Positions 53,656 to 64,000 of a DNA stretch of 64,000 bases are shown piece by piece. The number at the start of each line of letters is the position of its first letter. The stretch's first letter is position 1. The position numbers were made by a program, and so were the translations under genes. The notes beneath the pieces were generated by a model, which worked only from the letters and a program-made list of their open reading frames with translations, was not told the origin of the DNA and ran no database searches. Source of the DNA: Patellaria atrata CBS 101060 (Eukaryota); assembly GCA_010093705.1 (NCBI GenBank), contig MU006093.1, positions 1,013,301 through 1,077,300 of the forward strand. The letters are read 5' to 3'.

Positions 53656-54180
53656 TTATGAGAATCGTTGTTCCTTTTCTTTCAATCCTCCAATGCGATC
53701 TAAATCAAGCGAGTGGAATCGGTCGGCATCGCTCTGTTGGTACGATGGTAGATCCTCCTTTAATGGTTCCAGACCAACACCGTGCTCGCCCACGCGGACC
53801 ACAACAACTCTACCGGATTGACGTTTCCCTGACTCATCGACTTCTTCTGGGAAGGTGATACGGATTTCCGGAATAGGGCTTGGCGGTGGACTGGATGAAT
53901 CATCGAGCAACTGCTGCTTCTCTTGTCGGACGTAGATAGAAGTTGAGCGTTTCCCATTGGTGTGAATCGTTAGGCGATGATGGTTCCCAGCTTTTCCTTC
54001 GTACAAAGGGAGCGTATCCACCCTCTTTCTTTGTCTCCGTATCCTACGGAGAGCGATGAGCCCCCCGATGAGCAGAATCGCAGCAAATCCGAGAACCAGG
54101 AGGGTGATTAACAAATTTGCGATTGTGCTATCCATGTGCGAATCGGCACTCCGTGCGACAAAAGAATGAATGGCGTCCAT
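53656..54180 (-). CDS. Small single-pass membrane protein of a conserved Pezizomycotina family
   Basis: A TM helix (LLITLLVLGFAAILLIGGLIAL) with a basic stop-transfer, an LPLY/LPSY pair and the block SPIPEIRITFPEEVDESGKRQSGRVVVVRVG. Confidence 0.8.
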   Translation of the reverse strand: MDAIHSFVARSADSHMDSTIANLLITLLVLGFAAILLIGGLIALRRIRRQRKRVDTLPLYEGKAGNHHRLTIHTNGKRSTSIYVRQEKQQLLDDSSSPPPSPIPEIRITFPEEVDESGKRQSGRVVVVRVGEHGVGLEPLKEDLPSYQQSDADRFHSLDLDRIGGLKEKEQRFS

Positions 54181-54212
54181 GACGAATGTAGAGAGATTTG
54201 CAAATGCTTTTT

Positions 54213-54365
54213 CTGGTATTCGAAAGGGTGATTACGCGGTTAGTCTAATAGCATGGTATTAGTTCAAGTATAATGCGATCAATTGCGATGTTGATTTTGA
54301 TTTTTCCGTCATCGACGTTCGTGCATGTACTACCAATGCGGGTGGAAAAAACGGGCATTCCTTAC
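54213..54365 (-). other. Probable 5'-UTR intron of the small membrane-protein gene
   Basis: On the minus strand there is a GTAAGG donor at 54365, a CTAAC branch at ~54240 and a CAG acceptor at 54213, 32 nt upstream of the ATG. Confidence 0.6.
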
Positions 54366-57300
54366 CACTTGTAAGCACAATCACAAATCACGCGGAATGT
54401 AGTGTATAAATGAAGGGTGCAGGTCTCGAGGTTCTAAAAAGAGCGACTTGCAGACAGACAGCTGAATGAGTGAAGCTGAATGTTGCTTTGAACGAGAGTA
54501 ACGAAAGGAAGAGGAATGAGGGGATAGAGATAGGTCGTAAGGTAGGTTGGTAAGGAGAAAAAGCCGTTGAGATGGGCGAGTATGTAGGCGGTTTTGGCGG
54601 CTTGAGCTTCCCGTTCAGTTGCCATTGTCGCCTTAGGTAAGCCATCGAATAATTTTAGCGCTCCAGAAGCGCCAAGAGCAACGAATCTTACTTTGTTCCT
54701 GGTCTACCCAATCAGAAGACTCCAGTGACTCCACCTTTGGCATCCTATCGTGAACCCAATATGTACGCGCTGCACGTAATCTATTTATGAGCAACCATCA
54801 AAGCCGGATCATTAGCTTCTTTGCGCCATCTCAACCTTTTCGTCTTTACAGCTCCCGCTGGCCTCTCAATCTCGCCACCTACTTCAGCAGTAAGAAGTCC
54901 GTTTATCCTCTAGGTTTTAGAGAAGAAAGTCCCAGGGGTATAAAAGTCACGGTTCGAGACTCAAGAACATCTCTGGGTCGAGAAAGACATTTGATCGCAA
55001 GCTTCTGGGAGTTGCGGCATCTCATTTATATATCTCCCAAGGCACATGCCCAGCTGAAGCATTGTCGGGTATCGTTGGGGTTGTGAGGTCGCTTTAAGCT
55101 TATGGCGCCATGATGCTGATGAAGCGTCAATCGTTTCGCCGGATATACACTTTTGCTGGATAATCTTTAGCATCAATGGACTAACGTAAAGCTCACAATA
55201 GATCTCAATCTTGTCATAATGCAGATATTCCGGCCTTCAAACTGCTCCCGTATGATTGATGTTTATAACTGTCCGGATATTAAAAGGAAAGTGGGTTATC
55301 CGAGGTCCCTTTATGCATTGCTAAAGAGCATACACCGGGAAGTATTACAACAGGTTGGGTATGAGATCGACAACAAAGCGGAAGAGAAAGCTTGATCTAA
55401 AGTCAAGTTTTGAGAGACTGAGCTACGAGGATGTTGGAACTCCGGGCTTTCCTATGGTTGTACAACTACCTAGATCCCTTGGATACGTTCTGGTGGGCAT
55501 GTGAGCAGTATTGAGAGAGAAAGAGCCAGGACGAGCTCACTAAGGGGCCCTTCAAGGATGATCGACCAGATTTTACCAAAGGATCAATTGGTATTTGGCT
55601 CCACGTAGGCATGATTACGGAAACTGGAGTCTCAATAACCACCAAGTGAATCGCAAGAACGTTGATCTTTGTTCATGGTATCGTATCGCTAAACCATTCC
55701 GCCTTCTCGTCTGAAGCCAATAGACGAGTTTAACGTGGAGGCGGGACGCAGTGTTGCAGATATGTCAAAACTATGTCAGTAGCTGTGGAGTTATAGTCGG
55801 AGTTGCCTTGAGCAAGGCAAATCGATTGGAAAAAGATTCTACACATCCCCTCCGGCTCTGGCATTGGCACACCCGGTAAGATGCAACTTGAGGAGTGGCT
55901 TACGTTACCGGCTTGAGCAGACATGCTTTGGGTTGAGTTGCGGGCTATTTGAAATGGCATATTTACTGGAGGGTCTCCGTCGTACGAAACACTATAATCA
56001 AGTTTAGCACACCCAACGAACAGGATAACGAGGCTATTTCAGTCTGTCTATGAGGCGAGACGAGAAGGCGCTATCGGCGGTGACTGCTGAGTTTACTTTG
56101 CTAAAGGTGCTTTCATTGGCGTCTACAGTGCGTGCTTTCAAGAAGTTCTGCAGAGAAGTGGACGCAGGTAGGCCACTTGCAGAACTGCTCAGCAAATCAC
56201 CAGAATGTCATAGCGGTCAGGACGACGGGTGGACTTGTGAGTAACATGGAAACACCAGATAGGCTACGAGCAAACAGTAGATGGGGCTCTTGTGAGCCAT
56301 TGCATTGCATTCTCTTTGGCAGACAAACTGAGTATGACAGGATGTGCGTGCAATTGTTGTCTTGGACTTGAGAGCACCTGTGCATCGAGCAGATCAAGCA
56401 ACGGCCGATGTTGAACGTCGGCCAACCTAGTACCGGGCCACAGTCTCACACAATATGGCATAAGTAAAGCGGACTCCAGGACTAGGTTGAGCGAGCATCC
56501 CAGACGCTGTGAAACACGTCCGGTAGCCTGATGGAGAAGACAACATCCCGCTCTTTTTTCTTTGTGCGAAAATGTAACACTGATAACCGTCTCAAATCCA
56601 ACACATTGCCGACTCCGGTTGAAAGTGAAGGGAGGGGTTTACTTGTTAGAACTAGGGCTCAAATTCCCCTTCGTTCCGATTCTTTAGGTAGGTAGCTTTT
56701 CCCTTACCTCGCCCCGATTGTATGGGGGAATAGGCAGATGCGATTGAAAATTGGCGAAGTGACAAGCTCCCCGTCCGACATAATTTTAGCCAGGAATTCT
56801 AGGTAGCCAGACGTGTCAATACGGGTCCACTACTTGTGGTCCTTGCTGCAAGATGCATGCAAAGCTTTTATTAGAGGAGGGAGAAGTTGAAGTTATTGTA
56901 GTTTGCTTCTTATCCTGAGCTAGGTTGAAATAGAATTTTCGCATATTTTTATGATCGGGATCTCTGGCGATCGACGGGGTTTAGTTTGATGGTTTAAGGT
57001 AAGGTGAGGTAGGTAAGCAACGGTAAAAAGGGCAGAGTACGGGGCCTGAGGGGTGGGTTAAGGTAAGGTATGAGGTGGGTGCGGGACTTAGGTTGGTCTT
57101 GTGTCTCTACCTAACTAAACGGTAATTGTTGTACCTAGAACTCTCCATGGGCTCCTTCTTCTCACCCACGCTTTGCTTGTCACGGCTTTGCCCCAGACCA
57201 AACAGAAAGGGAAAAGGACGCTAAAAGTTGGGACATCCCGCTAAGTAAGTGGCTTCAGCGGTTCAGCCTTAGCCAGAACTGCCCACAGTCAAGGGCCTAA

Positions 57301-57826
57301 GAAACTTTCCCTGAGATTCCTACAACGCAAGAAAAGACAAAGGCCAAACTGTCATCGCGCTCAAATTCTGAAGAGAAGAACAGGAAAGATTAAACCACCC
57401 GACGATTCTGGACGAAGAACCAACAGCCGTACTTGGACGCGATCCCCTTGTATTATCCTCATATATCACCCAGCATTCCACCATTACCTCCTCCGCACGA
57501 TCCCTTGCGTCTTAGGCTTCCCCTTCGACCACGTCTTTTCGCTCCTTGGACAGTCTTTTGATATACTGATGATCTCGCCGACCGACGCGCGACGGATCCG
57601 CTTTGAGTTTGGTATGCACCGCGGATACACCTTTTGACCGCGAGGAGTTATCAGACATATAAGGGGTGCGGGAAAGCGACCTGTCATATCAGGAACGCTG
57701 CTCCCCCCGCGAACCTCCCCTTCCCACCTCACCTTCCTTGTACCCCTCCGACTACTTTCTTGTATATGCGCCTCTCTCGTTCATACTCCTCATCTCCAAA
57801 ATAGTTCTTGACTAACTACATACACG

Positions 57827-57909
57827 GTGAGTCTACCTGTTCAGTACAGTACCCTGTACTATGAAGATCTCTGTGTTTGCTTGAATGCTGACGCCTGACC
57901 TTTTCTCAG
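57827..57909 (+). other. Probable 5'-UTR intron of the Pumilio gene
   Basis: A GTGAGT donor, a GCTGAC branch at ~57887 and a TTTTCTCAG acceptor lie downstream of a CT-rich core-promoter tract. Confidence 0.65.
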
Positions 57910-58043
57910 CTCCAACAATTCATAGCATTTTGCAAATTCGCCATATAACACATTTTGTCTACTGTATTACTACTAGCATCAGCGCGCGTGTGTAATCGTA
58001 GTCTACCACCCGTACGAGCTTCCTGCGCCGATCAGCTTCAAAT

Positions 58044-61000
58044 ATGGCTGGTGTAGTGGGCAGACCGACTGTCGCAACGCCAAACAATACTGTATGTCTT
58101 TATTTTCCACGTCGGATTGTAAGACAAATTTTGCGTTTCAATGCTAACGATTCTCTAAAACTAGACTAGGACTTCTCGACTTGGTGAATATGGATCGACC
58201 TCTAGAAGACAAATAACGGACGAGCATTCTGCACCTTCATCCAGTCTCGGCCCGGGCATGGGCGGCACCACAAAGGGTTGGGGAAACATCTGGGGTAATT
58301 CAGCGCTGAGTGCAAACTTTGGTTCAACCACTCGAGACAGTTCCAGGACTCGTGGTAAGACATGTCTATCACCTTGTATTTGACCAACCAGAACCTAATC
58401 GTTCACAGAAAATGGATCGTACCTCAACTCTGGCGCAGACTCGATCGAAGGCAAGGTCGGATCAAGCGCGCTTCTTAATGATTCTCCCGAAAGTGATACA
58501 TGGAATCGCCAAACCTCCCCTTGGGGACCAACCGACACAAACCCTCCCACTGCAACCCAAGCAAGAAATGCCGGTGTCTCGCCTGTTCGTCATCGCGCCA
58601 GCAACCAAATCCAGGCACCTTCAGCATTCATGGATACAACAACAACCGCAAAATCAAATTATTCCACGATCCCCCGAACGTCAGTAGTAAGTACCGGTCT
58701 TCTTGGTAGCCAGTTTGGTGGGAAAGGTCTCCTTGATTCGGGTTCTTCCAACTTCACTATGCCGCGTGCGAACGATCCCGTTACCAATGGAATGAACCAT
58801 TTTGGGAGATTGAATGATGGAGATGGTCAATTGGCCGATAACGGCGTAAGCGCTTGGGCTGATGCGTCGCTTCACTCTCCAACAGACGATCGGCGAAGCG
58901 TTTCAAACTCAGAATATTTTGCACCTTCTAGCAATGGACCTTCACGAAACGGCAGCTTACCACCTTCACGTCACGGAGCTGAACCTGTACAATATCCTAC
59001 AGCCCTTGAGGGGTATTCTCGATTCGCGCAACCTCCTCAACCCTCCTTTGCTCGCGGACACACGGCTTCCATTTCTTCTCAAGCAAATGGTAGATCCTAT
59101 CCTGAACGGAATGGGTCGTTTCAGAGTGACGTTATGCCTCAATTTGGGCGTTTAAGTATTGATAACTCTTCTGACCAGGGCATGGTACTCCATCGTCATT
59201 CGACTGTCGGAAACGCCAACTTGACATTTAGCCAGAACCAGACAGAATCAAACTTCGCTCGCCAAGAGAGATCTCAGCAGCACTTAAACCTTGAAGAAGC
59301 CTTCATCCACAATGGTGGAACCCTCACGCCTGATCATTTCCCTGTAGGTCCATTCAACGAACAAATCAAGACCTTCAGAAATCTACACCTCAACCGCGGC
59401 ACGCTTACGCCTAATGGCAGCGATTTCCGCCCCAGTCCGTTTTACTCAACCGGCAGCACTCCCCCTGTTTATGATCATCTATACCCTTCTCGAAGCGAGC
59501 AAGTATCAAGGGCAAATGCATTACAGGAGAAGTTACGTTCGATACAGCAGCAAGAACAGTCGATATATCATCAACCGTACCATCAAATGCTGACCAATGC
59601 ACAATTCCGCAATCAGTATAACTCTTTTCCCTATGGGACACCGAATGGGCTTCCGATGAACAATCTCCCGCATACTATGACAGTACCACAATTACCATCG
59701 ATCATGCCTGCTATTGAGGCTCCCAGGGGTCCCCGTGACCAGGATCCCAATGTCGTCCGAAGTACTTTGTTGGATGAATTCAAGTCTAATATCAAGAGTA
59801 CCACCAAGCGATATGAGCTCAAAGACATATATGCGCATGTCGTCGAGTTTAGTGGAGACCAGCATGGCTCTCGGTTTATCCAACAGAAACTTGAAACGGC
59901 CAATAGCGACGAGAAGGAGAGGGTCTTCCAAGAGATCCAACCAAACGCTATGCAGCTAATGACCGATGTCTTTGGTAACTACGTTATCCAGAAGTTCTTT
60001 GAGCATGGTGACCAAAATCAAAAGAAGATCTTAGCAAATCGTATGAAGGGGCATGTGCTCGGCTTATCATTGCAGATGTATGGTTGCCGGGTTGTTCAAA
60101 AGGTTTGTTGTTCTTTCCTACCTTAGTGTATGCTAAAAGTACTAATCTGTTCTAGGCATTAGAGCACGTGCTTGTCGATCAGCAGGCTAGTCTTGTTAAA
60201 GAGCTCGAGAATAACGTTCTCAAATGCGTGAAGGATCAGAACGGAAACCATGTCGTCCAAAAAGCTATTGAGAGAGTCCCAGCGGAACACATACAGTTCA
60301 TCATCAACGCCTTTACAGGACAGGTATCGGGCCTTGCAACTCATCCGTATGGATGCCGTGTAATCCAACGTATGCTCGAACACTGTGACGAAGGAGCTAG
60401 GGCATCAATTCTACAAGAGCTACATGCATGTGGGTCGACATTAATCCCCGATCAGTACGGAAACTATGTCACACAACACGTTATCGAGCACGGTCGACCG
60501 GAAGATAGAGCAACGATCATCGACCTTATCAAGGACCAACTGCTACCGTTCTCGAAGCATAAGTTTGCCAGTAATGTTGTGGAAAAGTGTTTGGTCTACG
60601 GTACTGATGAACAACGACGCGAGATCATGATGAAAGTTGTAGAGAAAACAGATAAGGGCGAAAGTAATCTGGTAATGCTCATCAAGGATGGGTATGGGAA
60701 CTACGTTATCCGTAAGTCATAGCTGATGATGGAATGGAGAGTTGTGATGTTGACTACTTAATAGAAAAACTCCTGGATACGCTCACTCATGTCGACTATA
60801 TCACATTCCTGGATTATCTTCACCCGGAGATGCAAAAGGCAAAGAGGACCGTCAATGGCAAACAAGTTATGGCTGTAAGTCGCGTGGGTGAAGGCATTCG
60901 AGACTGAGATCCTAACATACGATTAGGTTGAAAAGAAGATGCATAGATTCGATAACGTGAGGCCTGACTTGTCTACGGCTGGTAATGATCAGACAAGCGT

Positions 61001-61184
61001 GCACTCTAGCACAAGCACTACAACCCCGAGCGTGGCTTCTCCTACAACGACAAATAGTACACAAACCTCACAAGGCAGTCCTGCGGCCATAGCGAACACC
61101 AGCACCGTCGATATTCCTGTCCAGAACTCTGATAATAAGAATCGCTTCACGGAATTTATAGGTGGCGTGTCGCTTGGAAACTAA
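58044..61184 (+). CDS. PUF3: Pumilio/Puf3-type RNA-binding protein with 8 PUF repeats; introns 58092-58164, 58355-58408, 60103-60155, 60712-60764, 60875-60926
   Basis: The repeats carry SRFIQ, NYVIQ, CRVVQ, NHVVQ, CRVIQ, NYVTQ, SNVVE and NYVIQ, the classical Pumilio/Puf3 code. The N-terminus is long and low-complexity, and the exons join in frame. Confidence 0.93.
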
Positions 61185-62151
61185 GACTCGCCATTTCATA
61201 TATTTCTGCCTATCATGCATTTCGTCATTAGGCGTCGGCTGTACATTTGTTGGGAACTTGTTTTATATTCATTCGCTCATATACGAGGAAAGGGGCATGC
61301 TCCCCTGTAACGGCGTCGAAAACGAGGGAACTTTACCCCAATTTTACATTTTCCGTCTTTGCAAGAACGACGCACGACGTACGACCTGGCGTTCGCTCGC
61401 CCTAACGATTCACATGGTAAACTAGGCTTGTTACTCTTTTCTCCGTACCTATCTAGTTCGTAACGTTTACCGGCGCTTATATGTTTTGCATCATCGATAC
61501 CATCTAGCGGGGAGATGTTATTGCCTATCCCCATTTGTCTCCTACCTCCTGCAACTTATTTGTCTTATTTCCTTCTTAAATCTCGGCCTTCGCTGCCATA
61601 CTAAATGTCTGTAATACCTTAAAATTTCTCTGTGCATCATTTGGAGCGCAATGGAGCCAAGGTGTTACCTGCTTGTTTACAGGCTGGGAACTGGGTGGTA
61701 GGAAAGGGCTTTATGATTTTGAAGTGGAGCAGTTTCCTTGAGCTTCTTGCTCTTTTATTACCAATGTGAGAGGCGTTAAAGAAGGAATCTCTCATTGTCT
61801 AGTACAGCGTAATTTGGTGTTCAGAGGGCAATATGAATAGCATATGGTTCGGTCTATGGAGAGCATAAGTTCATAGAGCGGCGAAACATAGATTTGCATC
61901 AGGACGGTAGAACTTGAACTTAGATAATGATACCTTCATGATGCAAATACTTTAGGAGTTCTCTGCTCCTCCTGCTTATTCTAAGGTCCCTTATGGTAGT
62001 GAACTTTCATCTCTCCTGCCTTGGCTAGAACATCGGTTCAACCTGCCCGTTTTTGCGACCTTTGAATTGACAACAATAGCCGACCCCGCGCGAGTGTCAT
62101 CGGATCTTCATTTCATCTCAGTTGACGACAACAACCCATCCCCTAGCAGAG

Positions 62152-63610
62152 ATGTCGACACCGCGCCTTACCTTCCTATATCCAATGCTATTTCGGTCTG
62201 TTCAAGCATTCGGATCACAATGCAGCAGAAATGCGCCCTCAAGGAGAAAACTGCGCGCTGCGCAAGCAGCTACATTCACCACTTCCATCAGAAATCGACA
62301 AGAGGTTAAACGAGAAAGATATGGGACCGCAAACGAACCCCCAGCACATCTGAGCTCAGGGAATGAGCTCAAAGGACAAGATGGGACGGAAGGGCTAAAG
62401 CAGACTGATCGTCCAAGTGGGATCTCCTCGAAAGAGCGCAATGCAACCTCCCCGGAAAAGGAAAATAAGAAGCCACCTACAGAGTACGACGTAAAACCAG
62501 AATCACAAAAGGAAGAGCCACCGCCCAAAGTTCAACGCAAGGCCACAGGAGACCCAGACGACCCCAAAACGAAAGACGCACCTGGTCCGCACCAGCCTCC
62601 GAAAACGGGCCAGTCCAATCCTATGGAAACCGTGCTAGAGATGCCTTCGCCATCTGAAGATCGAGATTCAAAGCACAAACCTCCGCATCTACAACCACCG
62701 CCTTATGTTCATCACTTCGATACTTACAGTCTGGTAAAGGATCTAGAGAAGAGCGGGTTCAAGCTGGAGCAGAGCGTTACGGTTATGAAGGCAGTGAGGG
62801 GGATACTGGCGGATAATATGGAGTTGGCGAGGGAGGGGCTGGTTGGTAAGAGTGATGTTGAGAACGTAGGTTGGATTACATCATATCAGAGTTTTAGATG
62901 GCATTGGTTACCTTAATATGAGCAGCCTACTGAACCTGTAATATAGGAAACATACCTCTTCCGTGCTGCTTGTTCCGAACTCAGAACTGAAATCCAAAAT
63001 AGCCGCAAAGTAACCATTGAGAAAATGCGCCAGGAGCGCGCACAACTACAACACGAGGTCGATATCCTGAACCAACGATTAGGTCAGGAGACAGCACAGA
63101 TGAAGGATGACCTGAAAGGTGCCTTCGATGACCGGAAAATGAACGTGAAGACCGAACAGAGGGCTATGGAGAGTCGGGTATGCCACATTCCCCTGTCTCA
63201 TGCATTGTATACCATCTATTTTGACCGCTAATATGGGTCCACAGATCCAAGAACTCAACCACAAAATAACTGTCCACCTCAACTCCGACGCCCGTACGGA
63301 TGTCGAATCCGTACGATGGGTGCTTACCCGTCGCGCCGCCGGAGCTATCGGTCTCATCGCATTTTCCGTCATCACTGTACTCAAGCTCTTTTCGGACGCT
63401 AACAAACATGAGAAGGAAAGAGAAAAGGAAAGAGAGAGGGAGGGTGAGCATGAGGAGGGTCATGGTGGTAATGGCACAAGGGAGAGAAGAGCTCTAGAAG
63501 AAGGGTTTAGGGAGGGTCGGAGTAACCAAGGGGATATAGGGGTAATTGGGGGAACATTAAGAGGTGGAGATGGTTTGATTGTTGGAGAGGGGGGTGTGAG
63601 CCTGGGTTAG
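62152..63610 (+). CDS. DUF1640 (CCDC90/MCUR1/Fmp32-like) mitochondrial coiled-coil membrane protein; introns 62866-62946, 63178-63244
   Basis: An Arg-rich presequence-like N-terminus, HHFDTYSLVKDLEKSGF, EN|ETYLFRAACSELRTEI, a coiled coil, and VESVRWVLTRR followed by a TM helix. Confidence 0.88.
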
Positions 63611-64000
63611 GTAGCACCTGCGGAAGTGTCGTCGATGAAGATTGGATGGATGAACGATGATTTTGACGTCGGTAATTTGTTCATGAAGAAGATCACGCAT
63701 AGAGAGACGGGCGTACAAATGGAACGGCAAAAGACCCTCAAAAGGGTTCTAGATCCCCAATGGGGAGATGTAGAGTTGAAGAGGGGTATAGCTAACCGTA
63801 TAGCGCTGTACAAATTATAAAGTGCGAGTATACACAAATATACATCCCGCCCTGTTCACTCGAACCCTTTGTATAAGTATGAAAATGAACTAGCAGTTCT
63901 AAGGCTCTAGCGCTTCATGAACACAATTCGGCATCTGTCCTAAGACCTTTGGGTTCGAGATACGCTCTTCGCCGCTGTTAATATGTAGCGCGAGATAGAG

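Noticed and set aside
63405..63520. GA-rich low-complexity stretch
   Set aside because: It encodes the E/R/K/G-rich tail of the DUF1640 protein and is not a separate repeat element.

Overview
This is intron-rich genomic DNA from a filamentous ascomycete (Pezizomycotina; Dothideomycetes is only a guess). I can support about 22 protein-coding genes, with exon structures read by hand from GT..CTRAY..AG signals. The left end carries accessory or metabolic genes: a partial EthD-domain gene, a TRI12-like MFS exporter, an SDR, a proteinase K-family subtilase, a ~5 kb gene-poor stretch with possible gene relics, and a second SDR. Conserved core genes follow: a Chp1-like chromodomain protein with three CCCH zinc fingers, Rab11/Ypt31, SEY1, a membrane-anchored P-loop ATPase, GYP7, MSO1, ARMC8/Vid28, Abp2, a Puf3-type Pumilio protein and a DUF1640 protein. 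Several hypothetical proteins and a Ser/Thr kinase are interspersed among them. I saw no tRNA, rRNA, CRISPR array or intact transposon. The most notable observation is the chromodomain + 3xCCCH + Chp1-like C-terminal architecture, a candidate link between RNA and chromatin. Also noted are several splicing oddities, a grouping of membrane-trafficking genes and an intronless orphan ORF. All family assignments come from motif recognition, not database searches.
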